DNA of 64,000 nt from an uncultured Fibrobacteria bacterium (lineage in GTDB: Bacteria > Fibrobacterota > Fibrobacteria > UBA11236): assembly GCA_963716395.1 (NCBI GenBank), contig OY970309.1, positions 1,876,402-1,940,401 on the forward strand, written 5' to 3'. The position numbers were made by a program, and so were the translations under genes. Below the pieces are notes generated by a model. It saw only the letters and a program-made list of their open reading frames with translations, was not told the origin of the DNA and searched no databases. Position 1 is the first letter of the stretch; each line of letters begins with the position of its first letter. Shown here piece by piece: positions 30,352-38,995 of this stretch.

Positions 30352-31055
30352 CGGAGCACCGCTGCGATGGAATCGGCCAGAATCGAGGCGATGGCTGCAT
30401 GGCCGTGATTGCCGGGATGCCATTGGATGGCAGGATCGGCATAGCCCGAGTTATAAGCGTAGTTGGCGGAGTCTTTGGCGAGGGCCGTGATATCGACGAG
30501 ATGGACATCGTCAATTCCCTGCATGGCCTGGAGAACCGCGGCCGTGCGGAGGGCTGTCAGGGTCGTGTCGTTCCATACCGACAGGCAGAAAATGGGGAAG
30601 TCGCCGCCTTGCCGCAGGGCCCACAAAAGTTCGCGATATTGAAAGAGAAGTTGGCCGGTTTCCACTTCGAGGTCATTCGAATTCTCGCCCAATTGCACCA
30701 CCACCCAGCGCGGATGGGCTTGGGTCAGGTCCCAAGTCACATTGTGAAAATGTTCGTCGATGGGGCCGTCGCAAACCTCGCAGTCGCGGCGGCCATAGAA
30801 GATGCCCGCGGCGACGCCGAGTGGCTGCAAATCGCGGATGGTGGAATGGACGTAATCGCTGTCCGGAACCGTGGCTGCCATGCCGTTCTCTTGGCTCCAA
30901 CCGATGGACGGCAGCGAATCGTGCAAGGTGATGCTATTACCCAAAAACAGCACATTCGGCGGTTGTGTTTGCGTGTTGAACATGCAGGCCTGCAGGATCG
31001 AAATCCCGATCCAGGCAACCCCCCCACAACTTAAGATACGCAAGGGCCACCTCAT
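30348..31055 (-). CDS. SGNH/GDSL-family hydrolase
   Basis: ORF 30348..31217; start placed at Met 55 (signal peptide MRWPLRILSCGGVAWIGISILQAC); GDS(L)-like block LFLGNSIT and C-terminal HPGNHGH. Confidence 0.75.
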   Translation of the reverse strand: MRWPLRILSCGGVAWIGISILQACMFNTQTQPPNVLFLGNSITLHDSLPSIGWSQENGMAATVPDSDYVHSTIRDLQPLGVAAGIFYGRRDCEVCDGPIDEHFHNVTWDLTQAHPRWVVVQLGENSNDLEVETGQLLFQYRELLWALRQGGDFPIFCLSVWNDTTLTALRTAAVLQAMQGIDDVHLVDITALAKDSANYAYNSGYADPAIQWHPGNHGHAAIASILADSIAAVLR

Positions 31056-31130
31056 CCGGGTGAATAATTTACTTGATTGCTTTTCTCCGCCATGTGCACC
31101 GGTAGAGGACCTGGACCTTTTTGATCGGCC

Positions 31131-33083
31131 ATGTGCGGCATCTCCGGCTATTTCGCCTTTGCCGGTCCGGTGGAAGATCCATCGGCCTTGCAACGCATGA
31201 ACCGGGCCGTGGCCCATCGCGGGCCCGACGGCGAAGGTTTGTTTCTGTTACAACGCGCCACGGGCCAGGCGCGCGCGTTTTGCGGAACGCGCACGCCCAT
31301 GACACCGCCCGAACTCGGCCCCTGCGCATCGGATTTTCGCTTCGCACATGATGTGGCCCTGGGCCATCGCCGCTTCGCCATCCTGGATTTGAGTCCGGGC
31401 GGGCATCAACCGCTGGTCGGCGACGGCGGCGCGATGGCGCTGTGCTTCAATGGGGAGATTTACAACTATGTGGAACTACGCGCCGAATTGGAAAAGTCGG
31501 GCGCGATCTTCCGCACGCGCGGCGACGCTGAAGTGCTGCTGCAAGCCTACCGCCATTGGGGCGAAGCGTGCTTCGAGCGCCTTGCCGGTTTTTGGGCCCT
31601 GGCTTTGTGGGACCAAAAACACGGTCTTTTGCTGGCGCGCGACCGGCTGGGCAAGGCGCCGCTGTATCATACATGTTACGGGGGGCGCCGGTGGTGGAGT
31701 TCGGAAATCAAGGGGCTGTTGGCCGCCGCGGGCCGCCGCGCCTTCGCGGTCCGGCCGCAGGCCGCGGCGTGGTTCGCGCGCGCGGGGTTGCGCGACTTCG
31801 GGGGCGAAACTTTTTTCCAGGGCATCCGCACCTTTCCCGCGGCCAGCTTTGCCTGGGTGCGTGAAGACGGCGACTTCGCGCTGCGGCGCTTTTGGCGGCC
31901 GCCCGCCGCGCGGCTGCGCCCTTCCGAAATCTCGGCAGCCGAGGCGGCGGTTGAATTGCGCCAGCGCCTCTTCGCGGCCGTGTCGCTGCGGCTGCGCGCC
32001 GATGCGCCCGTGGGGTTGGAATTAAGCGGCGGTCTCGACAGCTCGACCCTGGCGGCTTTCGCGGCCCGCGCCGCCGAACCGTCGGCGCCGCCTTTTGCGG
32101 CCTTCACCGTCGGCTTTCCCGACACAGCCTGGAATGAAGCGCCCTTTGCCCGGCAAGTTCTCGCGTGTTGGCCTGGGCGTTTCACCCCGCGCGAACTTGT
32201 GCCCGACGCGCACGCCGTGCTGCGAGGCCTGGCCGCCTTTCACACGCACATGGATGAACCCATCCATTCCCCCAACATGGTGATCAACCAGGAAATTTGG
32301 CGGCGCATGGCCGCCGAGGGTATCCGCGTGAGTTTGAACGGAGCGGGCGGCGACGAAGTGTTCGCCGGCTACGGCAGCGAATATTTCGGGCCCTTTGTGC
32401 GCGGATTGATCGAACGGGGCCGCTTCGCCACCGCGGCGCGCGAGTTCGTCCGCTGCAGCGAACGCCCGCCGCATTCGGCGGCGGCGTGGCTGCGACTGGC
32501 CTGGATGTTGCTGCCAGAAGGTTTCCGCCGCGGCGTGCGTCCGCCTTTTCCCGCCCAAGAGATCGACCCCCTGCGGTGGCCGCGCGGCGCCTGGCCCGAA
32601 GCTTCTCCCGAGTTCGCGCAGCGGCTGCTGGATCATCTCGGCGATTACAAAATGAATTACTGGCTACGATCGGGAAACACTTCGTGCATGGGCGTGCCGC
32701 TCGAAGTGCGGCTGCCCCTGCTCGATCACCGCGTGGTGGAATGGGCCTGCCGGTTGCCGCCGGAATATTTAATCCGCGACGGCTGGCTCAAATGGATTTT
32801 GCGCCGGGCCGTCGAACCCTGGCTGCCGCCCGAGGTCACTTGGCGGCGGGTCAAAATGGGATTTCCCTTTCCTTTGGCCGCATGGCTGCGAACGGTCAAG
32901 CCGGCTTTGATGGCCTTGGGCCGGGGCGACGCGCCCGACTTTCTGGATCGCGGACGATTGTTCCGCCATTATGATTTCCTGGCCCATCGGTATCCGGCGT
33001 ATTTGTGGCGCTGCGTGTCGGTGCTGTTGTGGTGGAAGGTCGCGGTGAACGGCGAAACGCCGGTTCTCGACGCCGCGACGTGA
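31131..33083 (+). CDS. asnB: Asparagine synthase (glutamine-hydrolysing), AsnB family
   Basis: 650 aa; N-terminal MCGI glutaminase nucleophile; synthetase PP-loop region (LSGGLDSS). Confidence 0.9.
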   Translation: MCGISGYFAFAGPVEDPSALQRMNRAVAHRGPDGEGLFLLQRATGQARAFCGTRTPMTPPELGPCASDFRFAHDVALGHRRFAILDLSPGGHQPLVGDGGAMALCFNGEIYNYVELRAELEKSGAIFRTRGDAEVLLQAYRHWGEACFERLAGFWALALWDQKHGLLLARDRLGKAPLYHTCYGGRRWWSSEIKGLLAAAGRRAFAVRPQAAAWFARAGLRDFGGETFFQGIRTFPAASFAWVREDGDFALRRFWRPPAARLRPSEISAAEAAVELRQRLFAAVSLRLRADAPVGLELSGGLDSSTLAAFAARAAEPSAPPFAAFTVGFPDTAWNEAPFARQVLACWPGRFTPRELVPDAHAVLRGLAAFHTHMDEPIHSPNMVINQEIWRRMAAEGIRVSLNGAGGDEVFAGYGSEYFGPFVRGLIERGRFATAAREFVRCSERPPHSAAAWLRLAWMLLPEGFRRGVRPPFPAQEIDPLRWPRGAWPEASPEFAQRLLDHLGDYKMNYWLRSGNTSCMGVPLEVRLPLLDHRVVEWACRLPPEYLIRDGWLKWILRRAVEPWLPPEVTWRRVKMGFPFPLAAWLRTVKPALMALGRGDAPDFLDRGRLFRHYDFLAHRYPAYLWRCVSVLLWWKVAVNGETPVLDAAT

Positions 33084-33097
33084 TGAGGAGTTTCCGA

Positions 33098-34651
33098 TTA
33101 TTCCACCGCAAAAATCCGGTAATCAAAAACATTTTGTTGCCAGGGTAATGCGGAAGGTTTGTCCTTCCCCGTGTAAATCGCTTCAAAGAGGGGGGAAAGT
33201 TTTTGGGCGTCTGGATTTAATACCACAAAACGAACTCCACGACGCTTACAGGCGGAAATGAAATCCGCCATCGAATCCACGGGAAACTCCGGAAACTCCC
33301 GATTGTACAAATACGTTCCCCAACGCGGCGCGCCCCCATTGAAATACGGTATTTGATCGGGTAAAGTGCGGAAATACAAATCGAAGTCGCTGGTAAAAAC
33401 CTGAGTCGCTTTCCGCACTCCTAGGTCGCGCAGGTCGGCCTCAATGGCATGAAAGTCCCGTTGCAGGGTAGAGCGCTTCTCAAGCAAACGAAAATCCCGC
33501 AGGAGATTCACCCCAAGCATCAAGGCCACCAGAGTCCAGGCGCCCCAGGTCACCCACGCCGTCCTCCGATGGGAGAGAACATTCCCGTCGAATCGGTATT
33601 CCCATGCCGTCAGCATCACCATTCCCAAGGCCAGCATGGATAGTGGCAACGCCAGTAAAATTTGCCTTCCACTCGTGGTCGCGGAAAACATCAGAAAATA
33701 AATTGCCTCCCATGCCGCCACGATCCGCATCATCCATTTCCGCTGCGGGTGACGAACCCACAGAGCGGCGATGAGGGGCGGCCCATAGGCCTGTTTAAAA
33801 GACCATAGGGCCGTCAGATATTTTTTTAGGAATAACGCCGGATCCCCGGCGATGATGGCTCCAACCGAACCGGGCAATTTCAAATCCAAGGTGCGATGCC
33901 AGTTGATTCCATACATCAAGTCGTACACATTCATGGGACCGAATTGGGTTTCCAACAGGCCATGACCGCTGGCGAGGTTCACGGCCCATTGCAGGCTATA
34001 GACCGTGAACACACCCGCCGAAACCGTGGCCATCGTTTTCCAAAGTTGGGGACGTATCACCACAATCGCCAGCACCAACATGCCATCGGCCACCAAAACA
34101 TGGTAACGGAACAACGCCCCCAAACCCAGCAGGAATCCCGCCGCCAGGAAACCCCGGCTGGGTGCGGCCTGGGGCGAATCGAAGAGCCGAGAGAAAATCA
34201 GCGCGATCCCGGCGGTGAAAAAAAACAAGGCCGCCGGATCGCCGCCCCCCGCGTTCATGTAATGGAAGAACTGCACGAACAGCGAAAGTGACACCAAGGA
34301 CAGCAAGGCGAATCCCGGCGGCAGGATTTTACGGAACAGCCAACCCGAAACCGCGAGGGTCAGGGTTCCGAAGGCGACATTGACCAGAATGGCGGGACCC
34401 GCGGGATTTCCATCGCCCAGGATGAGTTTGAGCAGCAAGCCGCATCCCACCGGGTATTGCGGGTTAAACCACGATTGCCGATCCGCCCAATGCAAATGCC
34501 GGGCGTAAAACACCGTGTCCCAAAAATCATTGTGGTATTGCTGGAAATCCAAACCCCAATTCAATGCCAACGACCCAAGCGCGAAACACAGGGGAACGAT
34601 TAACCAGCCATAGCACAAAATGCCACGAGGTCTGCTGGCAGGACTATGCAA
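33098..34651 (-). CDS. Polytopic membrane glycosyltransferase (ArnT/PMT-like, GT39/GT83-type), putative
   Basis: ORF 33098..34846; about 10 TM segments followed by a soluble C-terminal domain; start tentatively placed at in-frame TTG overlapping the GT2 stop. Confidence 0.55.
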   Translation of the reverse strand: MHSPASRPRGILCYGWLIVPLCFALGSLALNWGLDFQQYHNDFWDTVFYARHLHWADRQSWFNPQYPVGCGLLLKLILGDGNPAGPAILVNVAFGTLTLAVSGWLFRKILPPGFALLSLVSLSLFVQFFHYMNAGGGDPAALFFFTAGIALIFSRLFDSPQAAPSRGFLAAGFLLGLGALFRYHVLVADGMLVLAIVVIRPQLWKTMATVSAGVFTVYSLQWAVNLASGHGLLETQFGPMNVYDLMYGINWHRTLDLKLPGSVGAIIAGDPALFLKKYLTALWSFKQAYGPPLIAALWVRHPQRKWMMRIVAAWEAIYFLMFSATTSGRQILLALPLSMLALGMVMLTAWEYRFDGNVLSHRRTAWVTWGAWTLVALMLGVNLLRDFRLLEKRSTLQRDFHAIEADLRDLGVRKATQVFTSDFDLYFRTLPDQIPYFNGGAPRWGTYLYNREFPEFPVDSMADFISACKRRGVRFVVLNPDAQKLSPLFEAIYTGKDKPSALPWQQNVFDYRIFAVE

Positions 34652-35405
34652 GGCGCGGGGGCCTTTCCCGGAATAAACGGGATCGCCGCCAACCCCGCCG
34701 GTGCAACAGGTAAACGATTGAGGTCGCCACCACGCCCAATCCGTAGTAAACGCTGGCGCCGAATTTAATGGTAGACGCTTCCGGAAAATACTTGGTGGGG
34801 CAGGTGATTTCGGCGATGGAAAAACCGCGCTGGAAAATCTGGACAATCATCTGGTTGTCGAACAGAAACCCATTGGAATTGGCATGGTAATTCACGGAGG
34901 CCAGTACTTCCTTGGAATAAGCCCGGTACCCGGTGTGGTACTCCGATAGTTTTTGCCCTAAGCAAAGGTTTTGCAGCAAAGTGAGGAACCGATTGGCCGC
35001 ATACTTGTAGCGCGGCATTCCGCCCCGCAAGGCCTGGCCGCCGAGAATACGCGAACCAAAGACCACGGGGTACACGCCGTTTGCAATTACGCTGGCCATG
35101 GCCGACACCAGTTTCGGGGTGTATTGGTAATCGGGGTGGATCATGATGACCATATCCGCGCCCAGTTCCAACGCCTTGTCATAGCACGTTTTTTGGTTGC
35201 CACCGTATCCGCGTCGATGATCATGCACGACGACATGTCGGATCCCCAACGTCACCGCAAGCGCGGAGGTTTCATCCACGCTCGCGTCGTCCACCAAGAC
35301 CACGTCGTCGACGATATCGAAGGGCAATTCTCGGTAAGTTTTTTCCAGGGTGGCCGCCGCGTTCAGCGCGGGCAAAACCACTACCAATTTTTTACCGAGG
35401 AGCAT
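34644..35405 (-). CDS. GT2 polyprenol-phosphate glycosyltransferase (ArnC/DPM1/GtrB-like)
   Basis: 253 aa; GT-A signature (VVLVDDASVDET...DADMVIMIHPDYQYTP). Confidence 0.9.
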   Translation of the reverse strand: MLLGKKLVVVLPALNAAATLEKTYRELPFDIVDDVVLVDDASVDETSALAVTLGIRHVVVHDHRRGYGGNQKTCYDKALELGADMVIMIHPDYQYTPKLVSAMASVIANGVYPVVFGSRILGGQALRGGMPRYKYAANRFLTLLQNLCLGQKLSEYHTGYRAYSKEVLASVNYHANSNGFLFDNQMIVQIFQRGFSIAEITCPTKYFPEASTIKFGASVYYGLGVVATSIVYLLHRRGWRRSRLFRERPPRLA

Positions 35406-35590
35406 GATGCGTTAATGTACCCAACTCGAACGGGTCCACAGCAGCTCGTCTTCGCAGGTGTTGCGCCGGTCCTGCCGGGAGGACTTGCGCAAGGTCTTCC
35501 CCCATCGCGGCGTGGCCCGGCCATGCTGCATGCGATCTACTCCCGATTTTGCGAACACTCCTACCTGGGTGTAGGCAAAATCGGGGAAGA

Positions 35591-36359
35591 TCATGGCTTG
35601 CGCGCCACGAAAATCCAGGCCTCGCCGTCGTCTTCATCCCCAGCGTCGAGGCGGCAGCGTTCGATCTCTTCGCGGCCCAGTTGCTCTGCATAGCGCACGG
35701 CTTCGACCCCGAAGCCCGCGGCACGCACCCGATCCGTGAAATCACTTCCGTAAAAACGCACGTGATCGAATTGTCCGAAACGCCGATGCCGCGCGGCGGG
35801 ATCGACGACAGAGGCGTCTTCGTCGGTGGGGCCTGTGCGCAGCGGCACCTGTATGACTGCCGCGCCGCCCGGACGCAAGACGCGCCGCAGCTGGCGCAGC
35901 GCCCCGCGGTCATCGGGTATGTGTTCCAGCACGTGGCTGCACAAAATCAGATCGAAGCGTTCCGATTGCATGCCCAGGTGCGCAATGTCGACGGCAACGC
36001 TCCCGCGACCGGGTTCGCGATCCGCGGCGACATAGCGCAGTGCTCGGCAAAGATTCCAACCGGTGCCGCAGGCCGGGTTCCGGGGCGAAGTGCAGAACCG
36101 ACACGGGCTTGGATCCCAACGCCATTTCGCGATCCAGGAACAACCACAAAAGACGGTGCCGTTCCAAAGACAGGCAACCCGGACACATGGCTTCGTCGCG
36201 GGGCGGATCGCCTTTGGGCAGAAAGCGGCGAAAGCGACCGCCGCAAACCGGGCAATGGCGATGATGCCCCCGCAGCCAAAGACCGCGCAAACGGTAATAG
36301 GCGGGTCGCAGACAGGCTTTCCAGGGGCGCACTTGGGGCGATGGGGCCGGGTTGAACAA
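35591..36359 (-). pseudogene. Class I SAM-dependent methyltransferase with N-terminal zinc ribbon; apparent frameshift
   Basis: N-terminal part (Cys pairs, VLHFAPEPGLRHRL) reads in ORF 35910..36359; C-terminal part (RYVAADRE...FDLILCSHVLEHIPDD...RVLRPGG) reads in the frame of ORF 35591..35971; span is 769 nt (3n+1); frames switch near 36030-36050. Confidence 0.6.
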
Positions 36360-36425
36360 GTCTGGGAAAGTTACAATCAGGGTGTTTGCGCGGGCGGGGA
36401 ACGGCCATGCGCGCGAGGTAGGGTT

Positions 36426-37562
36426 TTAACCCGCCCCGGTAAATTGTTCCAGGGGAACCGCCTCTACGCGGTTCGAAATCGCGTAACGCTTTTCACCCGG
36501 ATAAACGACCCATAATTCATCGAGCTTTAAATCGTGCCGCGCAATGCGCAGGGAGGGCGTCAAGGTCGGCGCATCCGCGCGTTTGCATTCCACGCCGATG
36601 CGTTTGCCCCGCCGGAACAAAAGCAAATCCAATTTCGCGCCGTTATGGGTGGCCCAAAAATAGGTCTCGTCCGGCGCGCGGGCCTTGAGGATTTCCTCAA
36701 CCGCGTATCCTTCCCAGGAGGCGCCCACCTTGGGGTGCATTTCCAAATCCCGCCGCGTGCCGATGCCGAGCAGCGCGTGCAGCAGCCCGCTGTCGCGGAC
36801 GTAAATTTTCGGCGCCTTGACCTGCCGCTTTCCGAGGTTTTCGAACCAAGGCGGAAGCTGGCGCACCATGAACACGTCGGTCAGGAGATCCAGATAGCGC
36901 CGGATGGTCGTTTCGCCCAACCCCATGGCGCGCGCCAATTCGGCGCCGTTCCAGATCCGGCCGTGGTAATGCGCCAACATGTTCCAGAAACGCCGCAACG
37001 TGGCGGCGGGAATGGTGACGCCGAGCTGGGGCATGTCCCGCTCCAGGAAGGTCTGGATGAATTGGTTTCTCCATGCCAACGAATCGGCCTCCGAACGCGC
37101 CGTATACGCCAGGGGGTAACCTCCCCGTAGCCAATGCCGGGGCTGGGCCTTGGCCCCCAAATCGCCCAGTCGAAAGCCCTCCAAGGTCAGGGTTTCCATA
37201 CGCCCGGCCAGGGATTCGGAGCTTTGTTTCAGCAATGCAGGCGTGGCGCTGCCGAGGATGAGAAAACGCGCGGGCAGGGGCCGGCGATCCGCCAGTACGC
37301 GCAGAAGGGGAAACAACTCGGGGCGGCGCTGGATTTCATCCAGCACCACGAGACCCTTGAGGGGGCGCAACGCGGTGTCGGGCTCCTGCAGGCGGGCGAG
37401 GCTGCGCGGATCTTCCAGGTCGAAGTAATTCAGCGATGTCGGCGGAACCAGGGAGCGGACCAAGGTGGTTTTACCGCTTTGCCGGGGGCCCAGCAAGGCC
37501 ACCACGCGGGCGCGTTTCAGGGCGGAGCGAAGGCGCGCCAGATCGGCGGGACGGGTGAGCAT
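36426..37562 (-). CDS. AAA+ ATPase (DUF4143/COG1373-type)
   Basis: ORF 36426..37937; start placed at Met 126 (MLTRPADLARLRSALKRARVVALLGPRQSGKTTL, Walker A); Walker B-like VVLDEIQ. Confidence 0.8.
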   Translation of the reverse strand: MLTRPADLARLRSALKRARVVALLGPRQSGKTTLVRSLVPPTSLNYFDLEDPRSLARLQEPDTALRPLKGLVVLDEIQRRPELFPLLRVLADRRPLPARFLILGSATPALLKQSSESLAGRMETLTLEGFRLGDLGAKAQPRHWLRGGYPLAYTARSEADSLAWRNQFIQTFLERDMPQLGVTIPAATLRRFWNMLAHYHGRIWNGAELARAMGLGETTIRRYLDLLTDVFMVRQLPPWFENLGKRQVKAPKIYVRDSGLLHALLGIGTRRDLEMHPKVGASWEGYAVEEILKARAPDETYFWATHNGAKLDLLLFRRGKRIGVECKRADAPTLTPSLRIARHDLKLDELWVVYPGEKRYAISNRVEAVPLEQFTGAG

Positions 37563-37569
37563 GATGACA

Positions 37570-37618
37570 AGATACCATATACCATGAAATTCCACCACTT
37601 GTAGGATGAATTTCATGG
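37570..37618. promoter_or_regulatory. Tandem ATACCAT repeat plus 11-bp perfect inverted repeat upstream of the AAA+ ATPase gene
   Basis: ATACCAT-ATACCAT followed by CCATGAAATTC-N15-GAATTTCATGG, 20-56 bp upstream of the ATPase start codon. Confidence 0.4.
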
Positions 37619-37712
37619 TGTCAAAAATACCCTTCCCGATCCCGAAGCGCTTTTCCCCCAAGGCGTAAATCCATCGCCTGCGGTGGGGGGAACTCCCCGG
37701 ATCGGGGCGGGG

Positions 37713-37766
37713 CCTTTTCCAAAAAGGATCGAGACCCTTTTTGCGGTGCCGGCGTTGCAAAAAGGG
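37713..37766. promoter_or_regulatory. Paired palindromes (CCTTTTCC-AAAAAGG and CCCTTTTTGC-N12-GCAAAAAGGG) upstream of the aminotransferase gene
   Basis: 10-bp perfect inverted repeat ending about 28 bp before the GTG start, preceded by a smaller palindrome with the same core; a similar CTTTTTCC-N11-GGAAAAA site lies at about 59241-59267. Confidence 0.4.
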
Positions 37767-37794
37767 TATTTTACGCCTTCGCAAAGGAAGCACC

Positions 37795-38985
37795 GTGAGC
37801 AAACCGGCCCTGGACGGCGGCAAACCCGTGCGGTCCCGCAAAAATTTTCTGGTGTTCGGCGCGCCGCAAATCGGGCCCGAAGAGATCGCGGGCGTGGTCG
37901 ATTCGCTGCGCCGCCGGTGGATCGGCACCGGCCCCAAGGTCGCCGCCTTCGAGCAGGCCTTCGCGGCCTACAAAGGCGCGATTGCCGTGGCCGTCAACTC
38001 TGGCACCGCGGCCCTGCATTTGTCGATTCTGTCTCTGGGCATCGGCCCCGGCGACGAAGTCATCACCACGCCCATGACTTTTTGCGCCACGGTCAACGCC
38101 ATTCTGCACGCCGGCGCACAACCGGTACTGGCCGACTGCGATCCGGTTTCGCTCAATCTCGATCCCGCGCACGTCGAGCGCAAAATCACCCGGCGCACCA
38201 AGGCCGTTTTGCCCGTGCATTTCGCCGGCCGCGCCTGCGACATGCGCGCCCTGATGCGCCTGGCCAAGGCGCATCGACTGCGCGTGGTCGAAGATTGCGC
38301 CCATGCCCTTGAAACCGAAACCATGGGCCGCAAGGCCGGCACCTTCGGCGATCTGGGCTGCTTCAGTTTCTACGTCACGAAAAACCTGACCACGGCCGAA
38401 GGCGGCATGGTGATCACCGCGCGGCAAAACCTGGCCGATCGCATCAAGCGCCTGGCCTTGCACGGCCTGTCTCAGGACGCCTGGAAGCGGTTCTCCGATG
38501 CGGGCTATGTGCATTACGACGTGGTCGAACCCGGATACAAATACAACATGACCGACTTGCAGGCCGCCATCGGCCTGCCGCAATTGCGTCGCCTCGAGTC
38601 GAATTGGAAGCGCCGCCGCGCGGTCTGGAACCGGTATCAGGAGGCTTTCGCCGATTTGCCGGTGGAGCTTCCGGCCGAAGCGCCGTCCGACGAACGGCAT
38701 GCCTACCATCTGTACACGCCCCGGGTAACGCGCGGGTTTCGCCGGAGCCGCGACTGGGTGTTGGCCGCCCTGACGGCCGAAGGTATCGGCGTGGGCGTAC
38801 ATTACCGCGCTTTATGCGACCACCCGTATTATCGGCGCGTCTTGGGCTGGAAGCGCCGCGACTTTCCGGTGGCGGCCGATATCGGGGAACGCACCGTGTC
38901 GCTGCCGCTGTCGGCGGCACTCACCGCACGCGACGTAGACGACGTCATCGCGGCTTTCCGCAAAGTGATGCGGGCCGGAGCCTGA
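37795..38985 (+). CDS. DegT/DnrJ/EryC1/StrS-family PLP-dependent sugar aminotransferase (ArnB/WecE-like)
   Basis: ORF 37741..38985; start placed at GTG behind AAGGAAG; conserved aminotransferase blocks incl. FSFYVTKNLTTAEGG (PLP-Lys region). Confidence 0.9.
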   Translation: MSKPALDGGKPVRSRKNFLVFGAPQIGPEEIAGVVDSLRRRWIGTGPKVAAFEQAFAAYKGAIAVAVNSGTAALHLSILSLGIGPGDEVITTPMTFCATVNAILHAGAQPVLADCDPVSLNLDPAHVERKITRRTKAVLPVHFAGRACDMRALMRLAKAHRLRVVEDCAHALETETMGRKAGTFGDLGCFSFYVTKNLTTAEGGMVITARQNLADRIKRLALHGLSQDAWKRFSDAGYVHYDVVEPGYKYNMTDLQAAIGLPQLRRLESNWKRRRAVWNRYQEAFADLPVELPAEAPSDERHAYHLYTPRVTRGFRRSRDWVLAALTAEGIGVGVHYRALCDHPYYRRVLGWKRRDFPVAADIGERTVSLPLSAALTARDVDDVIAAFRKVMRAGA

Positions 38986-38995
38986 GAGAAATCCC

